A stretch of 62,008 nucleotides of DNA, counting the filler. It is 6 parts of 6 records of this genome, joined end to end, with 100 filler letters (N's around TTAATTAATTAA, not from the genome) between each part and the next. Parts side by side here need not be neighbours in the genome. Positions count along the whole stretch, not along the records: positions 40,077 to 50,502 come from SRR2962707_3889; positions 50,603 to 56,253 come from SRR2962707_3895; 4 more parts are not named here. One strand, written 5' to 3'. The translations under genes were made by a program, and so were the position numbers. Of the stretch, positions 44,266 through 55,055 are shown piece by piece. How positions within the stretch are numbered: position 1 is the first letter of the stretch; each line of letters begins with the position of its first letter. Below the pieces are notes generated by a model, which saw nothing but the letters and a program-made list of their open reading frames with translations, searched no databases and was not told the origin of the DNA.

Positions 44266-45078
44266 ATGGGGCCTCGACAGATTTATGTCGGGATTTTGGT
44301 GCTGTTTGGCATGATCGCGACGGCTTATCCCTTATATGCCAGCCCCATGCAGACCTGTGAGCGCCCATTGACAGTCCGCGTTGCGGAAACTTACATCCCG
44401 TTTAGTTTCAGGAATGAAAAAGGGGCAGCGGCTGGTAAGGATATCGCCCTGATCAGCCAGATCATGGATGATCTTGGGTGTGAGGTTACGTTCGTATTCC
44501 TGCCGTGGAAACGCGCCTTGCTTGAGCTTGAACAGGGGCATCTTGATATTCTGCCGTCGGCATCGATTACCTCTGAGCGGCAAGTTTACGCACTTTTTTC
44601 CCAACCATATCGCAAAGAGGTTTCCGGCCTTGTGGTCCGCAAGGAGGATGAGGGACGGTTTCTTATCCAAACCGTCGAGGACATTATTCTCTATGATATG
44701 AAGCTTGGTCATGTGCGCGGTGCCTATCGCGGGGAATTGTTTGAACAGTTTCAAAAATTGCCCGGTGCACCAATGCAGTTAACCGATGTCAGTATTTCAG
44801 AGATCGGGTTTAACCTGTTGCTAAATAAGCGTATCGACGGGCTGGTCGGCATTCCTGCTGTCACCTTGGCACATGCCGAAAAGCTGGGAATTCTCGGAAA
44901 GCTGATGGCGCATCCATTTTTATTCGGCTCTGACCCGATCCATCTTATGTATTCGCGCCAGACGATTTCCCAAATGTTGGTGGATCGTATCGATGGTGTG
45001 TTGAGCCGGTCGATCCGGACATCCTTCTATCAGGAACTTTATGGTCTTGATGCGTTGGAACCATCGCCGGAAAACTAA
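44266..45078 (+). CDS. Periplasmic substrate-binding protein, family 3
   Basis: Signal peptide; YIPF, PWKRAL, SITSER..FSQPY, RIDG. Confidence 0.85.
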   Translation: MGPRQIYVGILVLFGMIATAYPLYASPMQTCERPLTVRVAETYIPFSFRNEKGAAAGKDIALISQIMDDLGCEVTFVFLPWKRALLELEQGHLDILPSASITSERQVYALFSQPYRKEVSGLVVRKEDEGRFLIQTVEDIILYDMKLGHVRGAYRGELFEQFQKLPGAPMQLTDVSISEIGFNLLLNKRIDGLVGIPAVTLAHAEKLGILGKLMAHPFLFGSDPIHLMYSRQTISQMLVDRIDGVLSRSIRTSFYQELYGLDALEPSPEN

Positions 45079-45252
45079 AGTCAGGTCGTCGATGATCCGT
45101 CGACTGAATGCCAGATTTGAGCTGCTGTTACGATCAAGGCACTACGATCTTCTTGCCTGTTTCCCAAGCTTGCGGTAGCAAGATCGCCAATCAATCAGAA
45201 TATGACATGCCGCGCGCCACCACGCCGGCCCAGAAGGAAGCGGACCGGAAAA

Positions 45253-46152
45253 ATGACGCGTTGGCAGGCGAATGCTGTGATCGTCTTTGTTGCCCTTATC
45301 TGGGGCACGACTTTTGTTGTTCAGCAAACCAGTATGGAAAATATTGGCCCGCAATATTTTACGGGTGTGCGTTTCCTGTTGGGTGCTTTGGCCGTTTTGC
45401 CATTTGCGCTGCGCGATCTGCGAAAATTGAAACGTGTTGGCCGCCCGCTTAGTCGGATGGACCATGTCGGGCTTATTGTACTTGGCATTTCGATGTATCT
45501 CGCCAGCATTTTGCAGCAAATCGGCATCATGGAGACGACGGTCACCAATGCCGCCTTCCTGACCGCGTTTTATGTGCCAACTGTTCCTGTCTTGGCCTAT
45601 CTGGTGTTTCGCACACGTCCGCATTGGTCGGTTTGGCCGGGCGGGGCAATGTGCGTTTACGGCACCTATTTGCTTAGCGGGGGTGATCTTTCTGGCCTTG
45701 GAACTGGTGATTTCTGGGTAATGGGCAGTGCGCTTTTCTGGGCGACACAGGTTGTCTTGATCGGCGTGATGGTCACGCGGACAAATGCACCGGCCCTGGT
45801 CGCGGCAACCCAGTTCCTGATTACCGGCATTCTTGGCATGGTGATGGGGGCATTTACCGAAACGTTCAGCTTTGCCGATATCTATAATGCCGGTTTTGAA
45901 ATCCTGTATGCCGGGATCATGTCAGCAGGAATTGCCTTTACCCTGCAGGCCGTCGCGCAGAATTATACCGAGGCATCCGATGCGGCGATCATTATGAGTG
46001 CCGAGGCGGTTTTTGCCGCGATTGCCGGGGCGTGGTTCCTTGGGGAGCGATTGGCACCGGCGGAATATGCCGGATGTGGTGTCATTCTGGCCGCGATCAT
46101 TGGCGTTCAGCTGATCCCGATGATGCGCCGCAGACCGCAGATCGCGGTCTGA
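45253..46152 (+). CDS. DMT/EamA transporter
   Basis: IWGTTFV, TNAAFLT, AFTLQ..AQ, EAVFAA. Confidence 0.9.
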   Translation: MTRWQANAVIVFVALIWGTTFVVQQTSMENIGPQYFTGVRFLLGALAVLPFALRDLRKLKRVGRPLSRMDHVGLIVLGISMYLASILQQIGIMETTVTNAAFLTAFYVPTVPVLAYLVFRTRPHWSVWPGGAMCVYGTYLLSGGDLSGLGTGDFWVMGSALFWATQVVLIGVMVTRTNAPALVAATQFLITGILGMVMGAFTETFSFADIYNAGFEILYAGIMSAGIAFTLQAVAQNYTEASDAAIIMSAEAVFAAIAGAWFLGERLAPAEYAGCGVILAAIIGVQLIPMMRRRPQIAV

Positions 46153-46167
46153 GCCTTGGCCCGGCCA

Positions 46168-46181
46168 TTGACTTTTATCAA
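46168..46181. promoter_or_regulatory. FNR/FnrL-type box
   Basis: TTGAC-TTTT-ATCAA, one mismatch to TTGAT-N4-ATCAA, upstream of the di-haem peroxidase. Confidence 0.55.
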
Positions 46182-46276
46182 GGCAGGGTTCAAGTCTTAA
46201 GTGTAAATGCGTTGCGTTCGCGATGTTGGGCGTCGCGTTACCTTGTCCGTTCCTTGATCAGATCAAAGTGCCTTTC

Positions 46277-47539
46277 ATGTGTCTCCCAAATAGCCGTCCT
46301 TTTCTTTTTGCATTGATCGCATCCGCGATCGGTGTCGGGGTCATCGTTCCGGTTCAGGCCGAAGAAGCATCGGCCTTTCTGCATCGCCTTGCGACGCAGG
46401 GGACCGTTGAGGTGGCAAGTGCGCAAAACGCGCAAAACTGGCCCTTTGCCGATAAGGCAGCACTGGGAGAGGCGCTTTTTTTCGATACGAATCTTTCGGC
46501 CAACCGTACGCAGGCCTGCGCGACCTGTCATGAGCCGTCCATGGCGTTCAAGGATCCACGTATTGACGTTGCCGATGGTGCCTTTTCGCAAGGGGACGAC
46601 GGCAAAAGCCTTGGGGATCGTAATGCGCCAATGGCAGCCTATGCGAAATTTTCTCCGTCCTTTCATGTCCGTGAAGACGGCGTTGCAGTTGGTGGGCAAT
46701 TCTGGGACGGGCGTGCAATTGATCTGGCCGAACAGGCCGGGGGGCCACCTTTGAACCCGATAGAAATGGGGATGCCCGATAAGGCTTCTGTGGTTTCCCG
46801 ATTGCAGGAAGACGACGACTATGTTGCCGGGTTCAAGGCATTGTTTGGCGATGATGTCTGGTCAGACAGCGATACGGCTTATGGTGCGATGACACAGGCA
46901 ATTGCGACCTTTGAACAGGGCGATCAGTTTGGACCGTTCGATAGCAAATATGACCGGTTTCTGCGCGGTGATTATAAAATGACGCCGCAGGAAGAATTGG
47001 GACGGGTTTTGTTTTTCTCGCAGCAATTCACAAACTGCAATACCTGCCACATGCTGAAAACCAGCCCGACGGCAGAAGGCGAAACCTTCACCAATTACGA
47101 ATTCCACAATATCGGTGTGCCACGCAATGTTGCGACCCGTCATGCTAATGATAAGGATGTCGATTTCACCGATAACGGGTTGCTCGATAATCCTTTGATC
47201 GATGACCCGGCCTATCGCGGTAAATACAAAACCCCGTCCTTGCGCAATGTCGCGGTGACCGGACCCTATATGCATAACGGCGTGTTTTCAGAACTTGAAA
47301 CCGTGGTTCGGTTCTATAACAAGTTCAACAGCAAGGCCAAAGCCAACCAGACAAACCCGGAAACCGGCGAGGCCTGGGGCGATGCCGAAGTGCCAGACAC
47401 CATTTCGCGGACCGAGCTTGAAGAAGGGGATGCGCTTGACAGCAAACGCATCAAGGCGATTGTAGCGTTTCTGAAAACCCTGACCGATGCGCGCTATGAG
47501 CCGCTTCTGGCAGAACAGGAAGCTGCGGCAAAGAACTAG
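46277..47539 (+). CDS. Di-haem cytochrome c peroxidase / MauG family
   Basis: CATCH and CNTCH haem motifs; QFWDGRA, NPIEM, KTPSLRNV, PYMHNG. Confidence 0.92.
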   Translation: MCLPNSRPFLFALIASAIGVGVIVPVQAEEASAFLHRLATQGTVEVASAQNAQNWPFADKAALGEALFFDTNLSANRTQACATCHEPSMAFKDPRIDVADGAFSQGDDGKSLGDRNAPMAAYAKFSPSFHVREDGVAVGGQFWDGRAIDLAEQAGGPPLNPIEMGMPDKASVVSRLQEDDDYVAGFKALFGDDVWSDSDTAYGAMTQAIATFEQGDQFGPFDSKYDRFLRGDYKMTPQEELGRVLFFSQQFTNCNTCHMLKTSPTAEGETFTNYEFHNIGVPRNVATRHANDKDVDFTDNGLLDNPLIDDPAYRGKYKTPSLRNVAVTGPYMHNGVFSELETVVRFYNKFNSKAKANQTNPETGEAWGDAEVPDTISRTELEEGDALDSKRIKAIVAFLKTLTDARYEPLLAEQEAAAKN

Positions 47540-47581
47540 GAGCCAGTCCATAGCCCCTTGGTTCCGCGCCCGGTTCTTGCC

Positions 47582-48454
47582 CTAGCTTTTCAGTGTTTCA
47601 ATCACGGCACTTTGCGCCAGATCGCCAAGGCCGTCTTTGGTTGCCTTGGCAAACACATTGAACGCCGCATCGCCGACGGGCAGAGTCATTTTGAATTCTT
47701 TAGCCAATTTCAAGGCATAACCCGCATCCTTGGCGCGAAGGGCGGTGGTGAAATGGATGTTTTCAGTGTGATTGTTGCGCACCATGTCGGGCACTGTCAT
47801 CAGGCCCGTTGCGCTGGCATTGGCTCCGATGGCAAATGTTTCAGCCACGATGTTGCCATCCAGTCCAGCACGCTGAGCAACCGCCACCAGTTCGGCAGCA
47901 GCGGCGATATGAACCGCACCGAGTAGATTATGCAATAATTTGTAAACCGTACCGGACCCGATCGGGCCGAAATGGACAATCTTTTTGCCGGTGTCATTCA
48001 GGATCGGACGCACGCGGTCAAGCACATCCGACGCCGCCCCGATCAGGAAGATTGTATTGCCGGCTTCAATGTCGGCCGGAACGCCGGTGACCGGGGAATC
48101 GATATAGGGGCAACCGGCGGCTCCGATCTGTTGTGATAATGCCAAAACAAATTCATGGGACAGGGTAGAACATTCAATTGCCACCGTGCCCTTGGTCATG
48201 GCCGCAAGCGCACCATTATCGCCCAGCCACACGGCCTGTGCTGCCGCATCATCGGCCATAAAGGATATCACCACATCGACATTGCGCGCGGCATCCGCCG
48301 GTGTTGCGCAGGCGGTTGCACCAAGGGCCACAAGCGGTTCGATCTTGGCCTTACTTCTGTTCCAGACCTGAACGGCATAGCCCTTTGACAAAAGGCGTTT
48401 GGTCATTGCCGCGGCCATGCGGCCGGCACCGAGAAATCCGATTGTTTTGGTCAT
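47582..48454 (-). CDS. NAD(P)-dependent oxidoreductase, 3-hydroxyisobutyrate dehydrogenase family
   Basis: GFLGAGRM, WNRS, DSPVTG, YKL..N, KD. Confidence 0.88.
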   Translation of the reverse strand: MTKTIGFLGAGRMAAAMTKRLLSKGYAVQVWNRSKAKIEPLVALGATACATPADAARNVDVVISFMADDAAAQAVWLGDNGALAAMTKGTVAIECSTLSHEFVLALSQQIGAAGCPYIDSPVTGVPADIEAGNTIFLIGAASDVLDRVRPILNDTGKKIVHFGPIGSGTVYKLLHNLLGAVHIAAAAELVAVAQRAGLDGNIVAETFAIGANASATGLMTVPDMVRNNHTENIHFTTALRAKDAGYALKLAKEFKMTLPVGDAAFNVFAKATKDGLGDLAQSAVIETLKS

Positions 48455-48597
48455 GATGGGGTTCGTTCCGTATTTTAAATTATGCTTTTGGGCAGCAATT
48501 TGCGATTGGCTGTGCCACAATTTGCCATGAATGTAACATGCCAAGCCCTTGAATAAAGGCGATTGTGCATGTGACAGAGCAAAAGCAGGAAAATGAC

Positions 48598-49431
48598 GTG
48601 ACTGGTATCAAGGTTCTTTACGCGGCGGTTCTGGCGGGACTGACCATGCTGTGCCCGTTTGGCGCATCTGCCGATTTTGTGCAAAGCGATCTCAAAGCGG
48701 ATCCCAGCGGCCAGTTTTATTGCGGTGACGCGATGGAATGGTGCTTTGGTATTGCCCAAACATCGAGCGGTGCCAAGGACAGCGACGCGGTTGATACACC
48801 TGTTCTTCTTGTTTTGCGGGCGGGCAAGGAAGTCACCCGTCAGGAAATCATTCAGCCCAAAAGCAGCGATGATGATGTAGTCAGTTGGCGCAAAACCGGC
48901 ATTTGGCCGCAATGGGTTCATGACCCCGAAGATAGTGGCATATTCCTGATGGGGATTGTGACGACCACATCGGTTGGATATTCCGGCGGTGGGGCGTCTG
49001 TTGCGATGTTGTCGCTGATCCGGGTTGATCCGCAATCGGGAACGCCACCGAAACTCGACATGGTTGCAACGTTCCCGTGGGAAGCATCGAAAACGATCAG
49101 GGCCTGCTTTAGCGAGCAGGACATGATTGATCGTAATCAGCTGTGCCATGACACATATGATTTTACGGCGGAGATCACCCCGGTTTCGGATGTGAATGCG
49201 CGGATAGGTGCGCTGCCGTCGCTGCACTATTTAGCAGGTGCCAGCAAGTTCCCACCCAACGCCAACTTGGCAAAAGATTCAAATTCCAGGCCCATGGTCG
49301 GCGAGCCGACCATGGCGCAAACACCGGACCCTGCATGTCAGCTGGATGTGATTTTCAGGTTTAATATCAATGCGCAAGCATATGATGTTGATTTGCCGCT
49401 TAAGGGGTGTGATGCCTATTTAATCCCGTAA
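48598..49431 (+). CDS. Exported hypothetical protein
   Basis: Signal peptide, paired cysteines, GYSGGGAS..IRACF pattern. Confidence 0.7.
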   Translation: MTGIKVLYAAVLAGLTMLCPFGASADFVQSDLKADPSGQFYCGDAMEWCFGIAQTSSGAKDSDAVDTPVLLVLRAGKEVTRQEIIQPKSSDDDVVSWRKTGIWPQWVHDPEDSGIFLMGIVTTTSVGYSGGGASVAMLSLIRVDPQSGTPPKLDMVATFPWEASKTIRACFSEQDMIDRNQLCHDTYDFTAEITPVSDVNARIGALPSLHYLAGASKFPPNANLAKDSNSRPMVGEPTMAQTPDPACQLDVIFRFNINAQAYDVDLPLKGCDAYLIP

Positions 49432-49464
49432 AAAAACGCGCTGTGTTTTCCACAGCGCGTTTTT
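49431..49464. terminator. Bidirectional terminator
   Basis: AAAAAACGCGCTGTG-TTTTC-CACAGCGCGTTTTT between convergent genes. Confidence 0.85.
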
Positions 49465-49493
49465 GTTTGCGAGATGATCGCGATAATGCTGGA

Positions 49494-50502
49494 TCAGGAC
49501 AATCTGACTTTGACATAATCACCCGGTGCCGGGCCAAGCACCTTAAGTTTGCCATCGCCGGGCTTGCGGGCATCGACCTTGCCGCCTGAACGGCGGCTGA
49601 TCCAGTTTTGCCAATCGGTCCACCACGATCCGTCATGCTGGGTGGCTTTGGCCATCCAGTCATCGGGATTGGCCGGGGTGCGGTTATAGGTCCAGTGGCA
49701 ATATTTGTTTGCTGCGGGCGGGTTGACCACACCGGCAATGTGCCCCGAAGCGGACAGCACAAATTTCACCTGACCGGACAAGAGTTGCGTTCCGGCATAG
49801 GTTGCCTGCCAGGGCGCGATATGGTCTTCGCGGGTGGACAGGAAATAGGCCGGAATTTTGATATCACGCAGGTCAATCTTTTCGCCAAGGATCGAAATGC
49901 CGCCCGGTTCGCGCAACAGGTTCTTGTTATACATATTGCGCATATAGAAACTGTGCATTGCCTTGGGCATGCGTGTGGAATCGGAATTCCAATACAGCAA
50001 ATCAAACGGGAAGGGGTCTTTGCCCAGCATATAATTGCTGACGACAAAGGACCAGATCAGGTCATTGGCGCGCAGCATATTGAACGACATCGACATATCC
50101 CGGCCATCAAGATAACCGTCTTTGGACATCTTGTTTTCAAGGCTTTTGATTTGTTCGTCATCGACAAAGACCGACAATTCACCGGATTTTTCAAAATCCA
50201 TCAGTGTGGTGAAGAAGGTGGCCGATTTGATCCGCTCATCACCGGTTTTGGCCATATAGGCCAAGGTAGAACTTAAAAGCGTTCCGCCAAGGCAATAGCC
50301 AATCGCGTTGACTTCGTTTTCGCCAGTCGCCTGTTCGATCAGATCAAGGGCGGCAAGAATGCCGTCCTTGGCGTAATCTTCGAATGACTTTTCGGCCAGT
50401 TCGCTATCAGGGTTGACCCAGGACAGAACAAACACCGTGTGGCCCTGATCCACCGCCCATTTGATGAACGAGTTTTCCGGGCGCAGATCAAGAATGTAAT
50501 AT
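49494..50502 (-). CDS. phaC: Class I PHA synthase, 5' truncated
   Basis: YYILDL, GYCLGG, FDLLYWNSD, EDHIAPW, SGHIAG, GSWW. Confidence 0.95.
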
Positions 50503-50602
50503 NNNNNNNNNNNNNNNNNNNNNNNNNNNNNNNNNNNNNNNNNNNNTTAATTAATTAANNNNNNNNNNNNNNNNNNNNNNNNNNNNNNNNNNNNNNNNNN
50601 NN
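50503..50602. other. Artificial contig spacer
   Basis: N44-TTAATTAATTAA-N44. Confidence 0.99.
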
Positions 50603-50766
50603 GACGTTTTTTTTAATCCCCCACCCAAAATAGGGCCATAACTGGCCAAATCCCGGAAAAACCAAGCCTCCTTGTTTAACCGGGTGGTTTATTTCACGTT
50701 TCGTCCTTCCACATAAGGATTGAAGCATGTTGCGACAACCCGGCCGGATGGATGAACGTTTCGATA

Positions 50767-52023
50767 TTATCCTTTTTTGCGCCGCGCACCGAACCAGAAA
50801 CAGGTTCCCGCAAGCCCAAGACCAATCCCGAGAAAAATAAACATCCAGCGATACCCGTCAGGTGCACCGGCATCGAACCGCCCGATGATCAATCCGGCAA
50901 TGCCCTGCAGGACAAACAGTCCGGCAAAGGTCGCAAGATTAATCGTCGTCAGGGCGCGGCCAATCTGATGTTCCGCAACAGCCTCACGCGAGGCGGCGTA
51001 GTTAAGCGTCGCACTGCTGCCAAGGAAACCATGCAGCAAAAGCAACAACGCGGCCACACCAACCCCCACAGGGCCCACAAACGCCTGTAGCAAACATGTC
51101 ACCGCCCCGATCAGCACCGCAAAGACGATCAAGCCATGCGTTTTGCCCGCCCACTTACGTGATAATTGCCCATAGGTTGGCGGCCCAAGGATCATGCCAA
51201 TCGTCATAATCAGAAGGATATTCCCAACGCCGACCGGCCCCAGATCAAACACATCATGCAAATAAGGTCCGCCCCAAAGCCCGCGCACCGTCAGGATCGT
51301 CGGATAGCTGAAAAACGCCACGCCGCACAAAAGCCAGACCTGTCGATTTTTCCAGACCGAAACCATCCCGCGCAGGGCCTCAACAACGGTTTCGCCCTTC
51401 TGGTCGGCCTTGGCCCGGCCCGGCGGCGTATCGCGCACCAACAGGAAATCAAGGATCACGGCAAAAACGCTTAACCCCGCCAACCCGTAATAAACCATGC
51501 GCCAGCCATGGCTTTCGACCAAGGCGGCCAACGGTGTTGCCGATGCCAGAACGCCGAGCAAACTAAACGACACAATCAGGCCCGATGTTGCCGCAAACTT
51601 TTCCGGTGCAACCCAGCGGGCAGCCAGAACAAGGGCAGACATAAATGCCGCCGAGCACCCCAGTCCAATTACCGCCTGCCCGATCATCAATCCGACGACG
51701 CTTTGCGCATTGGCAAAGATCAAAACGCCAACCACCGTTGCCAACATCAGGCAACCGTTGGTCAACCGCGGACCATAACGGTCCAGCATAACGCCAACCG
51801 GAATTTGCATCAGGGCAAAGGCAAAATGGAAACTGCCGGAAATCAGACCAAGCTGTTCTGGCGAAACCGTAAGCTCCACGCGCAGCGGTTCTGCGAGGAG
51901 TGCCTGAGCGGATCTGAAAAACTGACTGAGTGAAAATGCCAGAAGGATCGGGATCAAAACCGTCAAAAAGGCTTTGAGACCGTGAGAAGAAGATAAGGAT
52001 GGCGTCGTGGGGTGCTGTGTCAT
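50767..52023 (-). CDS. MFS transporter
   Basis: QIPVGVMLDRYGPR motif A; twelve transmembrane segments. Confidence 0.92.
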   Translation of the reverse strand: MTQHPTTPSLSSSHGLKAFLTVLIPILLAFSLSQFFRSAQALLAEPLRVELTVSPEQLGLISGSFHFAFALMQIPVGVMLDRYGPRLTNGCLMLATVVGVLIFANAQSVVGLMIGQAVIGLGCSAAFMSALVLAARWVAPEKFAATSGLIVSFSLLGVLASATPLAALVESHGWRMVYYGLAGLSVFAVILDFLLVRDTPPGRAKADQKGETVVEALRGMVSVWKNRQVWLLCGVAFFSYPTILTVRGLWGGPYLHDVFDLGPVGVGNILLIMTIGMILGPPTYGQLSRKWAGKTHGLIVFAVLIGAVTCLLQAFVGPVGVGVAALLLLLHGFLGSSATLNYAASREAVAEHQIGRALTTINLATFAGLFVLQGIAGLIIGRFDAGAPDGYRWMFIFLGIGLGLAGTCFWFGARRKKG

Positions 52024-52141
52024 GATGTGTCTGGCATAATCCCATCTTGAGATTACGGCAAGTCTTTGCCGCACAGGGCAAATATGCGCATCACGCTGTT
52101 TACAGAACGGATTTTATACCCGGCGGTTTATGGCCCGCCCC

Positions 52142-53041
52142 TTATTGGCCGGGTGCCAGACTACCCTCAAACAAAGGGTGTTGATTTGTGGACACGCCGT
52201 ATTGCGCCAAAATCCGGTCGAACTGCCCGCTTTCGACAATACGGTCGTACGCTTTTTGCCAGACCTTTACAACGGATGGCGGCGTTTGCTTTGAAAACGC
52301 CAGATACAAATCCGCGCTGGCAAAGCCATAAACCATCTGCAACTGGTCGCGCGTCACCGACGTGTCGCCGATCTGGCGGAACAGTTCGATATCGGAAGAC
52401 ACCAGAAGCGCTATCCGGCCGGATGCAAGCATCAAAACGCCCCCGCGCGGGTTATGAATGGGTTCGAGGTTGTCAAACCCATAGGACCGCAACGCCACCT
52501 CGTCTGCACCACCGGCCTGCACCCCGATCCCCTTAGCACTCCGAAGATCATCAATAGAGCGCACCGGGTTGGGTTGGTCCACCAGTTGATAGATCCCCGC
52601 ATTGGTGCGCACAATCGGCCCCACCCAGGAATACATATCTTCGCGCTGCGGGGTGCGTGTCATGGAGAACACGCCAATATTGGCGTCTTCCTCAAGCCGC
52701 AAAATTACGCGTTTCCATGGCAGCACTTCAATATGTCTGCCATAACCGATTTGCCCGGCCATCGCCTGAACCACTTCGGCACCAACACCGCGCAACTGGC
52801 CATTTTCAAGGAAATTAAATGGTGGATATTCCTCGGTCAAAAGCGTGACATCAAGCGCATCCACGATATTTGCCGGATCACTGCCATCAATCGACCCGGA
52901 CTGTGCCCGGCCTGGCAATGCAATGAACAATGCCCCCAGAATCACGGTAAACAGCGCAACAAACCGACAGCACCAGCGACAAGCACGGCCCCCGTCGCCC
53001 TGGCGGTTTACAGACGTGCTATCATGTTGCTTTGGCATCAC
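52142..53041 (-). CDS. Periplasmic substrate-binding protein, family 3 (start uncertain)
   Basis: TEEYPPFNF, LPWKR, RTPQRE..Y.WVGP, LYLAFS. Confidence 0.85.
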   Translation of the reverse strand: MMPKQHDSTSVNRQGDGGRACRWCCRFVALFTVILGALFIALPGRAQSGSIDGSDPANIVDALDVTLLTEEYPPFNFLENGQLRGVGAEVVQAMAGQIGYGRHIEVLPWKRVILRLEEDANIGVFSMTRTPQREDMYSWVGPIVRTNAGIYQLVDQPNPVRSIDDLRSAKGIGVQAGGADEVALRSYGFDNLEPIHNPRGGVLMLASGRIALLVSSDIELFRQIGDTSVTRDQLQMVYGFASADLYLAFSKQTPPSVVKVWQKAYDRIVESGQFDRILAQYGVSTNQHPLFEGSLAPGQ

Positions 53042-53147
53042 GTGCGGGCCATCACTTCCACCCTAAGGGATAGGTTCACCTTCCCTATTTACCAAGCATT
53101 CACCATCAAGGCAACAAAACAGCATATCTACTTGTATAGCATGTAAA

Positions 53148-54938
53148 TTATCCCGGCAGGGAGACATCATCAATCATCAACTGAACACCTTCGCGCCCCT
53201 GCCAGCTATCGCGTCGCAAATGCCCAAGGATATGCAACGGACGCCCGCCATGCTTGATAAGAGTCTGGCCCATGTCGTTATCAAGACACCGAAATGCAAT
53301 GGCCTTAAGTCGGCCCTTGCCGTTCGATCCGGTCAGGATACAGCGCACATGATCAGCCCCGACCACATCGGCCTTGATCACCCGGCAATCAACAAACACA
53401 AACCGGGGTTCGGCATTGCCCGCCCCAAATGGCCCCAGATTTTCAAGCGCCTCAACCAGATCAAGCGTCGCCCCTGCGGCATGAAGCGCACCATCGACCG
53501 TGATGGTCGGGCGAATATCATTTTCGGCAATGATCTTGGCAAAACGTTCTTCAAGGAACGCTTCAAACGCATCGCGCTTTTCAGGATCAAGGGTAAAGCC
53601 CGCCGCCATGCCGTGCCCGCCACCATTGATCAGAAGACCCGATTGGCGTGCAGCAATGATCGCCGCCCCAAGGTCAATGCCGCGCACAGATCGCGCCGAT
53701 CCCTTATAGACCCCATCGACCATCCCCATCACCAGGGATGGCACGTGATAACGGTCCTTAAGCCTGCTTGCGACAATGCCAATCACGCCGGGATGCCAAT
53801 CTTCGCCGCCGACCAGAACCATTGATCCGACTTTTGATTTTCCTTCGGCAGCGCTAATCGCCTGATCAAGTACAATATCCTCAATCGCCTTGCGCTCACG
53901 GTTGTATTCATCAAGCTTGCGGGCGATATCCTGCGCCTCTGCGGGGTTTTCGCCTGAAAGAAGGGTTGTACCGAGGAAACTTTCGCCAACGCGCCCACCG
54001 GCGTTCACACGCGGCCCCAGAACAAAGCCAAGGTGATAGGCGCTGGGTGTTTCATTGACCCCGGCGACATCGGCCAGTGCCGTCATGCCAACATTGGACC
54101 GATGGCGCATGACCTTAAGCCCCTGCGTGACAAAGGCACGGTTAAGCCCGCGCAACGGCACAACATCACACACCGTGCCCAACGCCACCAGATCAAGCCA
54201 ACTGCGCAAATCAGGCGCACGAATGCCAGCCTTGCCCAGCCAGCCGCGACTGCGCAATTCGCGCAACATCGCCACACACAGCAAAAACGCCACACCGGCG
54301 GCACACAGATTGCCAAGACCACTTTCATCATCCAACCGATTTGGATTAACCACCGCCACCGCAGGCGGCAATTCCGGCTCGGCCGCGTGGTGATCGACCA
54401 CGATGACCTCGATCCCGGCATCCTTGGCTTCTTGCAGCGGGGCATAGGCCGTCACGCCGCAATCGACAGTCAGGATCAGGTTGGCACCATTGCGCTGCAA
54501 TTCCAGCAATGCCGGGGCATTGGGGCCGTAGCCCTCTTTCATACGGTCGGGAATATGGACGGGCACATCGGCGCCAAGGGCGCGGAAAAACCGTTTCAGC
54601 AACGCGGTACTGGTGGCGCCATCAACGTCATAATCGCCAAAAACGGCAAGCTTTTCGCCCGCTTCAATCGCATCGGCAATACGCGATGCGGCCTTGTCCA
54701 TATCCTTTAACGAGGATGGATCGGGCATCAAATCGCGTAATGTGGGGGTCAGGAAACTTTCGGCATCATCAAGGCCAATGCCGCGCGATGCCATCACCCG
54801 CCCGACAATTTCGGGCACCCCGAACCGCTGGGCAATGGTAATGCCAAGCCGCTCATCCAGATCGCGCTCCCGCCACCATTTTCCGGTCGCGGATCGTTCG
54901 ATCCCCATAAAAGTCTTTTCAAACGCATGATCTGTCAT
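53148..54938 (-). CDS. recJ: Single-stranded DNA exonuclease RecJ
   Basis: GDYDVDG, TVDCG, DHH, PRVNAGGR, GSARS, GGH.MAAG. Confidence 0.96.
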   Translation of the reverse strand: MTDHAFEKTFMGIERSATGKWWRERDLDERLGITIAQRFGVPEIVGRVMASRGIGLDDAESFLTPTLRDLMPDPSSLKDMDKAASRIADAIEAGEKLAVFGDYDVDGATSTALLKRFFRALGADVPVHIPDRMKEGYGPNAPALLELQRNGANLILTVDCGVTAYAPLQEAKDAGIEVIVVDHHAAEPELPPAVAVVNPNRLDDESGLGNLCAAGVAFLLCVAMLRELRSRGWLGKAGIRAPDLRSWLDLVALGTVCDVVPLRGLNRAFVTQGLKVMRHRSNVGMTALADVAGVNETPSAYHLGFVLGPRVNAGGRVGESFLGTTLLSGENPAEAQDIARKLDEYNRERKAIEDIVLDQAISAAEGKSKVGSMVLVGGEDWHPGVIGIVASRLKDRYHVPSLVMGMVDGVYKGSARSVRGIDLGAAIIAARQSGLLINGGGHGMAAGFTLDPEKRDAFEAFLEERFAKIIAENDIRPTITVDGALHAAGATLDLVEALENLGPFGAGNAEPRFVFVDCRVIKADVVGADHVRCILTGSNGKGRLKAIAFRCLDNDMGQTLIKHGGRPLHILGHLRRDSWQGREGVQLMIDDVSLPG

Positions 54939-55055
54939 GCCCATGAAATAGCGCAATCTTGGGCCAGCTTAAACTGGATAATTTTTCGGCACGTACAGTT
55001 CGGCCCGAACAATGGCGGAATACGCCAACCATAATCAGCACCCGTGCGTCAAATT

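Noticed and set aside
46254-46266. Second FNR-like palindrome TTGAT-CAG-ATCAA
   Set aside because: Spacer is 3 nt rather than 4
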